From: Schaalia meyeri
GTDB taxonomy: Bacteria > Actinomycetota > Actinomycetes > Actinomycetales > Actinomycetaceae
Reading direction: 5' to 3'
Assembly (NCBI RefSeq): GCF_900105015.1
Contig: NZ_FNLK01000012.1
Coordinates: 210,001-242,000 of the forward strand
DNA length: 32,000 nucleotides
Position numbers and translations under genes: made by a program. Positions within the stretch are counted from its first letter, which is position 1. Each line of letters opens with the position of its first letter. The notes beneath the pieces are model-generated. The model was not told the origin of the DNA, made no database searches, and saw nothing but the letters and a program-made list of their open reading frames with translations. Shown here piece by piece: positions 9,741 to 18,165 of this stretch.

Positions 9741-11597
9741 TTGGCCGATACACCAGCAGCCGACGGCCCGCAGTCAGGCACAATCACCCCCACCGCCTAC
9801 GACGCGCGCTACGCGATCCCCGCAGCCGTCGCCGCCTCCGCCAAGGACAAGGTTGCCGCCTGGCAGGACATGAAGTTCGCCATGTTCATCCACTGGGGCG
9901 TCTACTCCTCTTACGCCGGGTGGTACAAGGGCGAGAAGCAGGAAGTCGGCTACCCCGAGCAGATCAAAGCCTGGGGCCACCGGCAGACCTGGGACGAACG
10001 CATCCCCTTGCAGGGCATCCCCCGCGACGAATACCTGGCCACCGCGCGCACCTTCGCGGCCCCCCACTTCGACGCCACCGCCTGGTGCCAGCAGGCCAAA
10101 GATTCCGGCATGAAGATGCTGCTCGTCACCTCCAAGCACCACGACGGCTTCGCCATGTGGGACACGGCCACGACCGACTACAACTTCACCAGGCAGTCCC
10201 CCTCCCACCGTGACCCCCTCCTGGAGCTGTCGCAGGCCTGCGAGCAGGTCGGCATCAAATTCGGCCTCTACTTCTCCAACATCGACTGGGAGAAGCAACC
10301 CGAGCTCCCGTGGGCGAACGACAACCCCCTCGACGAAGAGGGGTACATGGGCTACATCCACGCTCAGCTCACGGAGCTCCTGGGCGGCAAGTACGGGGAG
10401 GTCGCCGAGCTCTGGTACGACATGGGCGATCCCAGCCCCACCCAATCCGACCAGCTGCGCGCCTGGGCACACGAACTGCAGCCGGACATCATGATCAACT
10501 CCCGCGTCGGCAACGACCGGGCGGACTTCGAGGTCGGCTGGGACAACGAGATGCAATCCGAGCTGACCCAGGGCCCCTGGGAGTCCGCCGTCTCCATCTT
10601 CCACAAGGCATGGGGCTACGCGAACTGGGACGACGCGGCCCCCACCTTCAAGGACACCGGCTACCCGGACCGCCCCGGCGGGGACTGGGACCACGTCGTC
10701 GAGGTCGACAACACGACCGCACTGCGCAAGGCGCCCGGCGGCGCCCACCGGAAGATAACCGAGGTCGTGGGCAACATGTTTTCCACCGTCGCCCTGGGCG
10801 GACAATTCCTGTTCAACATCGGCCCGAAGTTCGACGGCTCCTTCGACCCGTGGGACGCCTCGGTCCTGAGGGGCATCGGGGATTGGAACCGCGCGCACCC
10901 CGGCATCCTCAACAACTCCCGCCCCGCCCACTTCCCCATCGAAACCTGGGGCAAGACCCTGGTCGACGACTCCCACATCTACCTGGGCATCGAGAACTGG
11001 CCCGAGGTCGGCACGATCACCCTCAGGGGCGCCGGCTTCAACCGCATCACCTCGGTGAAGCTGGACGGCTTTGACGCCGCCCTGGCCTATACCGCCGCGG
11101 GCAACGACCTGATCATCACGCTGCCCGGCGAGCCCGACCAGATCCTGCCCGTCGTCACGGTCACCACGAAGGGGCCACCCACGTACGTGCCCACCGGGCT
11201 GACCACCGTGCGGCGGGGGACGACCACGATCCTTGCCCCCGCCCTGGAAACGTTCAAGGCCCCCACCCCCAAGACCGGGGAAACCAGCATCATCGCCTCC
11301 GTCACCCCCCGCGCCACGTCTGCCTCCGGCGTCTTCGTCTCCTTTGACACAAAAGGATTGACGGACGACTACGCAACGTACAGGGTCAGCGTCGGCGACC
11401 AGGAGACCCGGGGCCTGACCACCGCGGACCTGGCCAAGGGGGTCGGCCCCTTTACCCTCCACCCGAACCGGACTACGCGCATCACCCTGGCCTACGACAA
11501 CCCGGCGTACGCCCTGAAAGGCTTCGGGAAGGATGCAAGCGTGACCTCCGTTACCGTGACGGTCGAATCCTTCGACACCCCGACTCTCGCTATCTAA
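9741..11597 (+). CDS. Alpha-L-fucosidase, glycoside hydrolase family 29, with about 200-aa beta-rich C-terminal extension
   Basis: GH29 signatures (KFAMFIHWGVYS, LLVTSKHHDGFAMWDT, YFSNIDW). No signal peptide is seen. The only in-frame start upstream of the conserved core is TTG 9741 (the next is ATG 9870, inside the core), so the start is uncertain. Confidence 0.8.
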   Translation: MADTPAADGPQSGTITPTAYDARYAIPAAVAASAKDKVAAWQDMKFAMFIHWGVYSSYAGWYKGEKQEVGYPEQIKAWGHRQTWDERIPLQGIPRDEYLATARTFAAPHFDATAWCQQAKDSGMKMLLVTSKHHDGFAMWDTATTDYNFTRQSPSHRDPLLELSQACEQVGIKFGLYFSNIDWEKQPELPWANDNPLDEEGYMGYIHAQLTELLGGKYGEVAELWYDMGDPSPTQSDQLRAWAHELQPDIMINSRVGNDRADFEVGWDNEMQSELTQGPWESAVSIFHKAWGYANWDDAAPTFKDTGYPDRPGGDWDHVVEVDNTTALRKAPGGAHRKITEVVGNMFSTVALGGQFLFNIGPKFDGSFDPWDASVLRGIGDWNRAHPGILNNSRPAHFPIETWGKTLVDDSHIYLGIENWPEVGTITLRGAGFNRITSVKLDGFDAALAYTAAGNDLIITLPGEPDQILPVVTVTTKGPPTYVPTGLTTVRRGTTTILAPALETFKAPTPKTGETSIIASVTPRATSASGVFVSFDTKGLTDDYATYRVSVGDQETRGLTTADLAKGVGPFTLHPNRTTRITLAYDNPAYALKGFGKDASVTSVTVTVESFDTPTLAI

Positions 11598-11705
11598 CCC
11601 TCACGAGCGAGGTCGGCGATACCGCCGCCTCCACGGGCACGGGCTTACCGCCCGGCAGCGCCGTGGCGCTCACGAAGCCTGGTGCGCCCCCGGGGCCACC
11701 GCCTG

Positions 11706-11740
11706 GCGGGGCGGGCGCGCGATGGAATGCCCCGCCCCGC
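11706..11740 (+). terminator. GC-only 10-bp stem hairpin between the fucosidase gene and the rlmC-like gene
   Basis: GCGGGGCGGG (11706-11715) pairs with CCCGCCCCGC (11731-11740) across a 15-nt loop, followed by TTACACTT. It could terminate the fucosidase transcript. Function not established. Confidence 0.3.
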
Positions 11741-11753
11741 TTACACTTGGGGA

Positions 11754-12935
11754 ATGCGCTGCGACCACTACGACTCCGGGACGTGCCGTTCCTGCACCCT
11801 GCTGCCCCTGCCCTACGAACAGCAGCTCGCGGGCAAGGCCCAGGCCGTCGCGGCAGCGCTCTCGGACGTCCCGGGGGCGGGCGGCATCCGCTGGCTGGCC
11901 CCGGCCTCGTCCCCCCAGGCGGGGTTTCGCACGAGCGTCAAGCTCGTCGTCGGAGGCACCCGCAGGCGCCCAACCCTGGGGATCCTGGGTGCCGACCGGC
12001 GCGGCGTTGACCTGCCGGGCTGCCCCATCCAGCACCCCGCCATCAACCGGGCCACGCCCGGCCTCAAGCGCTTCATCCGAACCCTGAGCTTGACCCCCTA
12101 CGACGTGCCCGCCAGGCGCGGGGAGCTAAAGAACGTCCTCGTCACCGCCGGGGCCAACGAGCGCCTCATGGTGCGATTCGTCCTGCGCTCGCGCGACCGC
12201 GTGGCCGACATCCGCCACGCCCTGCCTCTGCTGCGCGACCTGGTGCCAGCCGCGCACGTCGTCACGGCGAACATTCACCCCACGCACGCGGCCATCGTCG
12301 AGGGGCCCGACGAGATCATCCTGACTCGCGAGTGCACCCTCCCCCTGGCCGTCGAGGGGCTGGAGCTGGGGCCGCGCTCGTTCGCGCAGACCAACGCGCA
12401 CATCGCCGCGTCCCTCTACGAACAGGCCTCCGCGTGGGCTTCACTGCCGCTGACGGACGGTCGCCTGCCAAGCAGCCTGTGGGACCTGTACTGTGGCGTC
12501 GGCGGATTCGCCCTGGCGTGCGCACGCGGCGGCATCCCCCGTGTGACCGGCGTCGAGGTGTCCTCGGGCGCGATCTCCTCGGCGATCAGCGCCGCACGCC
12601 ACGCGGGGCTCCGGCGCGACGACGCGCGCTTTATCGCCGAGGACGCCACCGCGTGGGCGCGCGCTCAGAGGGCGGATACCCCCGACGTGATCGTCGTGAA
12701 CCCCCCGCGCCGAGGCATCGGCGAGGCGTTGGCCGCCTACTTGAACGAGTGCGGCGCGCCCCGCGTCATCTATTCCTCGTGCAACCCCGCATCTCTCGCC
12801 AAAGACCTGGCCGTCATGCCCTCCCTGCATGCGACCCATGGCCGCGTCTTCGACATGTTCCCACACACGACGCACGTGGAGACCGCGGTGCTCCTGGAGC
12901 GGGCTGATGACCGGCCGCTAAAAGCAGGTGATTGA
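11754..12935 (+). CDS. rlmC: 23S rRNA (uracil-C5)-methyltransferase, RlmC/RumB-like (Fe-S cluster, SAM-dependent)
   Basis: N-terminus MRCDHYDSGTCRSC plus LPGCPIQHP gives a 4-Cys cluster like E. coli RlmC. SAM-binding motif DLYCGVGGF and catalytic motif YSSCNP are present. Start at ATG 11754 is preceded by GGGGA. Confidence 0.7.
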   Translation: MRCDHYDSGTCRSCTLLPLPYEQQLAGKAQAVAAALSDVPGAGGIRWLAPASSPQAGFRTSVKLVVGGTRRRPTLGILGADRRGVDLPGCPIQHPAINRATPGLKRFIRTLSLTPYDVPARRGELKNVLVTAGANERLMVRFVLRSRDRVADIRHALPLLRDLVPAAHVVTANIHPTHAAIVEGPDEIILTRECTLPLAVEGLELGPRSFAQTNAHIAASLYEQASAWASLPLTDGRLPSSLWDLYCGVGGFALACARGGIPRVTGVEVSSGAISSAISAARHAGLRRDDARFIAEDATAWARAQRADTPDVIVVNPPRRGIGEALAAYLNECGAPRVIYSSCNPASLAKDLAVMPSLHATHGRVFDMFPHTTHVETAVLLERADDRPLKAGD

Positions 12936-13138
12936 TGGACACTTCGATCATTTGATCGCCCAGGGAACGCGTAAAAACGATCCAAAGCACTATCAGAACA
13001 CACTAAAGGAAATGATCGCGGGGATGCGCGGCCGATTCAGATGTTTTTCCGGTAGGCTTGATTGAGCAATTGGGATAACGCGGGTTTGAGTCCGATATCT
13101 CGATGTCGGGGGACAATGCGAGCATTCATGGAGGAATC

Positions 13139-14166
13139 ATGATTAAAACGATCGGGATTGTGAGCCTATCGAGCGGAATCCTGGGCGAATCATTTATTCG
13201 CTTTGAGTCCGACAGAGGCGTTCGCAGGCTGAAGGAATACGGGCTGGATGTAAAGTTCATGCCGCACGCCCTAATGGGAGTGGATTACGTCAAGGCCCAC
13301 CCGGAGAAACGGGCGGAGGACCTGCTGCAGGCGTTCCGCGATCCGGAGATCGACATGATCCTGTGCGCGATAGGCGGAGACGACACCTACCGCCTCTTAC
13401 CGTATTTATTTGATCATGATGAGCTTGCGGACGCCGTGGCGGACAAGGTCTTCCTCGGCTTCTCAGACACGACGATCAACCATCTGATGCTCCACAAAGT
13501 GGGGCTGAGCACTTTCTACGGGCAGGCGTTCCTCCCGGACATCTGCGAACTGGGCCCGGAAATGCTCCCCTATACCCGGAAGCACTTCGAGGAGCTGATC
13601 TCCACCGGGACCATTCGGGAAGTCACCCCCAGCGATACCTGGTACGAGGAGAGGACGAGTTTCGGGCCCGATCAGGTCGGAATGCCGCTGACCGCCCTCC
13701 CCGACCACGGGTTCGAGCTATTGCAGGGGCCGCCCGCGTTCTCGGGCAGGGTACTCGGAGGATGCATCGACTCCTTGTACGACCTTTTCAACGCAGAGGC
13801 CACTCCGACATGCCTGCCATGTGCGAGGAGTACCAGTTGTTCCCGGATGAAGAGGACTGGAAGGGCCGCATCCTCCTTCTGGAGTCCAGCGAAGAGAAAC
13901 CCTCGCCAGAAAAGTACCGGCAGGCTCTCGAACACCTCAAGGAACGAGGCGTGTTCGAGGCGGTTTCTGGCGTTCTGGTCGGAAAGCCCATGGACGGGGC
14001 CTACGCCGAGGAGTACCGGCAGGCGCTGGCCCAGGTCATCGACAGGCCCGATCTGCCGGTTGTTTTCAACCTGAACGTTGGACACGCAATGCCTCGGTGC
14101 ATCATTCCATTCGGCGTTGAAGCGGTTGTTGATGCGGACAAGCAGATCATCCGGTTTGCTGGGTGA
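13139..14166 (+). pseudogene. S66 peptidase (LD-carboxypeptidase / microcin C7 immunity MccF-like), interrupted by a frameshift near 13790-13810
   Basis: The N-terminal part (frame of 13139, GGAGGA RBS) carries IGIVSLSSG and the nucleophile motif LGFSDTT. After ...GGCIDSLYDLFNAE the family-like sequence continues in the -1 frame (...MCEEYQLFPDEEDWKGRILLLESSEEKPSPE...NVGHAMPRCIIPFG) to the stop at 14166. Confidence 0.75.
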
Positions 14167-14253
14167 GTTATATCAGCTGGCATAAGAGACAGGCCAACAC
14201 CGCTTGGCAGCAGATACACTTCCATCAGGCGAAACAAACCCAGGAGGCAGGCC

Positions 14254-14637
14254 GTGAGGATCGAACACGTCGCAATGTATGTGAACAATCTTGAGGCCGC
14301 TCGTGACTTTTTCGTGCGGTACCTGGGCGGACGCTCCAACGACTGCTACCACAACACACGCACCGGTTTTCGTTCGTACTTCATCAGTTTCGACGACGGA
14401 GCGCGGTTGGAGCTCATGACCAGACCGCAGATGGCCGACGACCACAAAGACCTCAATCGCACGGGCTACGCCCACGTCGCCTTCTCCGTCGGGAGCAAGG
14501 AAGCGGTCGATGAACTGACCGACACGCTGAAGGCCGCGGGATATGACGTTGTCAGCGGCCCCCGGACGACCGGGGACGGCTACTACGAGAGCTGCGTCGT
14601 GGCCATCGAGGACAATCAGGTCGAGATCACGGTCTGA
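14254..14637 (+). CDS. VOC family protein (glyoxalase/bleomycin-resistance/dioxygenase fold)
   Basis: 127 aa with a typical VOC start (RIEHVAMYVNNLEAARDFF) and a second beta-alpha-beta module (YAHVAFSV...). GTG start is preceded by AGGAGG. Confidence 0.75.
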   Translation: MRIEHVAMYVNNLEAARDFFVRYLGGRSNDCYHNTRTGFRSYFISFDDGARLELMTRPQMADDHKDLNRTGYAHVAFSVGSKEAVDELTDTLKAAGYDVVSGPRTTGDGYYESCVVAIEDNQVEITV

Positions 14638-14822
14638 TGCGGGCGCCCCTACCCCAACACCACAACGATTTTGCCCGGCGCCGCGTGGGGCTCCATCGCG
14701 CGGTGGGCGTCGCCTCTTTTCGCAGGCCTCTGTTCCGCGAATCACTATGGAAACCAAATTTTCCATGCTCGCCTGTGACGTGCCCCGCGCCCGCTACACT
14801 TGAGGCAGACGTTAGGAGAAGC

Positions 14823-15278
14823 ATGTCCGTCGAACTGATCACCGCCGCCACTCCCGAGGTCCACGAGGCCATGGGGCGCCTGATTCCCCAGCTTTCCCGG
14901 TCCGCCGCCCCCATGAGCGCCGCCGACGTTGAGCGCTTCCTCGCACAAAGCGGCGTACACCTGTTCGTATTCCGTCCCGACCTGGCCAACGCTGACGGCG
15001 CGTACCCCATCCTGGGAATGCTGTCCCTGGCCACCTTCGAGATCCCGACGGGCGTGCGCGCGTGGGTTGAGGACGTCGTCGTCGACGAGGCCGCCCGCGG
15101 TCAGGGCGCCGGTCAGGCGCTCGTGGTCGCCGCCATCAAGCATGCGCAAAGGATCGGAGCACGCACCGTCGACCTGACCTCCCGTCCCTCGCGCGAGGCC
15201 GCCAACCGCCTCTACCAGCGCGCCGGCTTCCAGCTGCGCGAAACAAACGTGTACAGGGTGACGCTCGAACAACAGTGA
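14823..15278 (+). CDS. GNAT family N-acetyltransferase
   Basis: Acetyl-CoA binding motif VVVDEAARGQGAGQALVVAA and C-terminal NRLYQRAGF. Start at ATG 14823 is preceded by TAGGAGAA. The upstream part of the ORF (from 14637) has no family similarity. Confidence 0.8.
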   Translation: MSVELITAATPEVHEAMGRLIPQLSRSAAPMSAADVERFLAQSGVHLFVFRPDLANADGAYPILGMLSLATFEIPTGVRAWVEDVVVDEAARGQGAGQALVVAAIKHAQRIGARTVDLTSRPSREAANRLYQRAGFQLRETNVYRVTLEQQ

Positions 15279-15760
15279 GACCCGAACATCGGCGAGGTAT
15301 AAACGTTCGTGGGTCCCTGCTCCCGCGGCCAATCGAGTTTCCCCTCACCTCGTTTGGCTGACACCGTTAACCCGCCAGGTTGCACGTTGGCGGGGCTGCT
15401 CGCCGCGCATCCCAGCGGGTTAGTGTGCGAGTCTTCGTTCCGGGCGCTGGCCGGCGTGAGGATTTGTGGCGTGGCTTGTGGGTGTTCGTGGGTGGGGGTG
15501 AAACTGTGGTCGCCCCTGCGTGGTGATTTGGTTTGGATTTTGGGGTTTTTGGCGGTGTGGGGGTGGTGTGGGTTTCATGCGGGGGCCTCGATAGGCCCTA
15601 CCCATGCGCGCGGCTGATCGCCTGGGTGGGGTTGTTGCGCGAGGCTTTGGTGTGGCTTGCGGGGCCTGGTTGGTTGCTGGTGTTCGTGGGCGGTGGCGGG
15701 GCCTGGCCGGGCTTCGAGATCGATCACTCCGAGCCGTCAGGCTCGCGTGTGGCGATCGAG

Positions 15761-15794
15761 CGGGCGGGCCACCGCCCACGGACACAAAGAAGGC
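15761..15794. repeat. Copy 1 of a 34-nt hairpin-containing direct repeat
   Basis: CGGGCGGGCCACCGCCCACGGACACAAAGAAGGC. It contains the palindrome GGGCGG-N4-CCGCCC. 31 of 34 positions match copy 2, which lies 78 nt downstream. Confidence 0.7.
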
Positions 15795-15838
15795 CGCCAC
15801 CCGCGGAAGAGCAGCGAGCAGGCAGCGTGGCAAATGTC

Positions 15839-15872
15839 CGGGCGGGCCGCCGCCCACGGACACAAAAGAGGC
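15839..15872. repeat. Copy 2 of the 34-nt hairpin-containing direct repeat
   Basis: CGGGCGGGCCGCCGCCCACGGACACAAAAGAGGC, ending 7 nt from the stop of the minus-strand aldo/keto reductase gene. Confidence 0.7.
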
Positions 15873-15878
15873 AGGAAA

Positions 15879-16736
15879 TCAGAACTCCTCGTAACGCGCG
15901 GGATCCTGGTCGGCCTGACGGCCGTCTGGGCGGGCGAGCACGCTGATGGCCTCCATCTGCTCGGGCGTTAACTCGAAGGAGAAGATGTCCAGGTTCTCGC
16001 GCTGACGCTGCGGCGATCCCGACTTGGGCAGGGGCAGGGCACCGAGCTGGTGGTGCCAGCGCAGGATCAGGCGCGCGGGTGACACCCCCACCTGTTGGGC
16101 CAGAGACACCACAGCGGGGTCCTCAACGATTCGCCACTTGCGGCCCAGCGGGCTCCAGGACTCGGTGCGGATACCGACCTGTCCGTGGAAGGCCAAGGCA
16201 TCAGGCTGCGGGAAATAGGGATGCAGCTCGATCTGGTTGACGCTGGGGTATTCTCCGGTCTGCTGATACAGCCGCTGAAGGTGTTCGGGCAGGAAGTTGC
16301 ACACTCCGACGGAGCGGATGAGCCCGCGATCGCGCGCGTCGAGCAACGCCTGGAAGGCCTGGGCATAGAGGCCGCGTCGGGGGTTGGGCCAGTGGATCAG
16401 GTACATGTCCCAATAGTCCAGCCCAGCGCGCATCAGTGATTCTTCGAGCGTGTAGACGGCCTCGTCGTAACGCTGGTGACGGCCCGGCAGCTTGGACACG
16501 AGGCACAGCTCTTCGCGGGGCACGCCGCAGCGGCGTACGGCCGCTCCGAGGGCGCCCTCGTTCTCGTAGTTGAAGGCGCTGTCGAGCATGCGGTATCCGG
16601 CCTCAATGCCGGAGACCATGGCGGTTACTCCCGCGGATCCGCGCAGGTTGTAGGTGCCCAGGGCGATCGCGGGGACGCGGGTGCCGTCGAGGAGCGTGTA
16701 TGCGGGTATCTCACTCATGCCCATAGCGTAGGCCAC
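15879..16736 (-). CDS. Aldo/keto reductase (DkgA/2,5-diketo-D-gluconate reductase-like)
   Basis: AKR motifs (IALGTYNL, LDSAFNYENE, LVSKLP, IHWP, SVGVCNF, ELHPYF). Start is ambiguous among GTG 16736, ATG 16724 and ATG 16718 (MSEIPAYTLLDG... fits homologue length best). Confidence 0.85.
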   Translation of the reverse strand: MAYAMGMSEIPAYTLLDGTRVPAIALGTYNLRGSAGVTAMVSGIEAGYRMLDSAFNYENEGALGAAVRRCGVPREELCLVSKLPGRHQRYDEAVYTLEESLMRAGLDYWDMYLIHWPNPRRGLYAQAFQALLDARDRGLIRSVGVCNFLPEHLQRLYQQTGEYPSVNQIELHPYFPQPDALAFHGQVGIRTESWSPLGRKWRIVEDPAVVSLAQQVGVSPARLILRWHHQLGALPLPKSGSPQRQRENLDIFSFELTPEQMEAISVLARPDGRQADQDPARYEEF

Positions 16737-16764
16737 CCCGCACAGCGCGTTCTACCATAGGGGC

Positions 16765-18066
16765 ATGGCACAGCTAGAATTGGACGCCGTCCACGCGAAC
16801 GCCGTGGACTATCAGCACTTCCTCCTCGACTCCCCTTCTCCCTACCACGCCGCCGAGGTCGTGGCGCAGCGCCTGGTGGACGCTGGCTTCACGCGCGCCT
16901 GCGAGCGCCAGCCGTGGGACGCCTCGCCCGGCGGACACGTCATGGTGCGCGACGGCGCTGTGGCCGCCTGGGTGGTTCCAGCGAGTGTGGCCGACGACGC
17001 GGGTTTTCGCATCGTGGGCGCGCACACGGATTCGCCGGCGTTTTCGGTCAAGCCCTCGGTCCAGTCGACCACCCCGGACGGGTGGGGTCAGATTGACGTT
17101 GAGGTGTACGGCGGCATGATGTGGAATTCGTGGCTGGATCGCGAGCTGACGCTGGCGGGCCGCCTGGTCCTCACCGACGGGTCCGTCGTGCTGGCGCGCA
17201 CGGGTCCGATTGCCCGCATCCCTCAGCTGGCGATTCACCTGGATCGGAACGTGAACCCGGACGGGCTAAAGCTCGATCCGCAGCAGCACCTGCACCCCGT
17301 CTGGACTGTGGATAACCCAAGCGGCGACCTCTTAGAGCACGTGGCCCGCACGGCGGGTCTGGACGACGCTTCTGGCGTGGCTTCCTTCGACCTGATCCTC
17401 ACCCCCAGCCAGGGCCCGGGTTTCTTCGGCGACATTGGCCAGTTCGTGGCCGCCTCGCGCCAGGACAACCTCTCCAGTGTGCACCCCGGCCTGGTGGCCT
17501 TGGAACGTCTGGCCGCGGACGCGCCACAGTCGGGGGACATCACGGTGTTCATGTGTTTCGATCACGAGGAGGTGGGCTCAGAGTCGCGCACGGGCGCGGC
17601 GGGTCCGATCCTGGAGACGGTGTTGCGCCGTACGGCCGCGGCGCTGGGCCGCGACGAGGACGGCTACGAGCGGATGCTCGCCGCTTCGTCTTGCGTGAGC
17701 GCGGACGCGGCCCACTCAGTGCACCCTAACTACGCGGGACACCACGACCCGGATAATCGTCCGGTGATGGGGCGCGGCCCGATCATCAAGATCAATTCGA
17801 AGCAGCGCTACGCGACGGACGCCCAGGGCATCGCCCTGTGGAATCGCGCGTGCGCGGCTGCGGGCGTGGCCTCGCAGAGCTTCGTGGGCAACAACGCGAT
17901 GCCGTGCGGATCAACGATCGGCCCGATCACGGCGACCCGCCTGGGTATCTTGACAGTGGACGTGGGTGTCGGCCTGCTGTCGATGCACTCGGCGCGCGAG
18001 ATGAGCCACGTGGATGACCTGTTTGCTCTGTCGGCTGCGCTGGAGGCTTACTGGCGCGGCGCGTGA
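16765..18066 (+). CDS. M18 family aminopeptidase (aspartyl aminopeptidase-like)
   Basis: 433 aa with SPSPYHA, GAHTDSPAF.VKP, FDHEEVGS and MHSAREM motifs typical of M18 aminopeptidase 2. Confidence 0.85.
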   Translation: MAQLELDAVHANAVDYQHFLLDSPSPYHAAEVVAQRLVDAGFTRACERQPWDASPGGHVMVRDGAVAAWVVPASVADDAGFRIVGAHTDSPAFSVKPSVQSTTPDGWGQIDVEVYGGMMWNSWLDRELTLAGRLVLTDGSVVLARTGPIARIPQLAIHLDRNVNPDGLKLDPQQHLHPVWTVDNPSGDLLEHVARTAGLDDASGVASFDLILTPSQGPGFFGDIGQFVAASRQDNLSSVHPGLVALERLAADAPQSGDITVFMCFDHEEVGSESRTGAAGPILETVLRRTAAALGRDEDGYERMLAASSCVSADAAHSVHPNYAGHHDPDNRPVMGRGPIIKINSKQRYATDAQGIALWNRACAAAGVASQSFVGNNAMPCGSTIGPITATRLGILTVDVGVGLLSMHSAREMSHVDDLFALSAALEAYWRGA

Positions 18067-18119
18067 GCCCCCACCGGCCGACACGCGTGTCCCGGTCAGG
18101 CCGCCGGCATGTGGGTGCC

Positions 18120-18147
18120 CCGGCCTCGCTTCGAACAGCGAGGCCGG
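18120..18147. terminator. Bidirectional terminator hairpin between convergent genes
   Basis: CCGGCCTCGCT (18120-18130) pairs with AGCGAGGCCGG (18137-18147) across a 6-nt loop. It lies between the stop of the M18 gene (18066) and the stop of the NUDIX gene (18166). Confidence 0.55.
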
Positions 18148-18165
18148 TGCACCCTGGTCGCGGGC

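Noticed and set aside
9774-11462. 562-aa minus-strand ORF antisense to the fucosidase gene
   Set aside because: It is a G/V/D/R-rich shadow ORF. The plus strand carries the GH29 signatures.
13762-14166. 134-aa ORF as an independent gene
   Set aside because: Its first about 12 residues overlap the upstream ORF out of frame. The rest is the C-terminal catalytic half of the S66 peptidase, so I treat it as the downstream part of a frameshifted gene.
15461-15600. Canonical G-quadruplex motif in the G-rich tract
   Set aside because: Several G3-G5 runs exist, but I could not find four runs separated by loops of 7 nt or less. I report only the compositional skew.
15420-15863. 147-aa minus-strand P/T/R-rich ORF in the G/T-skewed tract
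   Set aside because: The low-complexity translation is a direct consequence of the C-rich strand composition. It has no start context and overlaps the duplicated hairpin elements.
15761-15872. Possible CRISPR array (repeat of 34 nt)
   Set aside because: There are only two copies, the repeat is imperfect, and no cas genes lie nearby.
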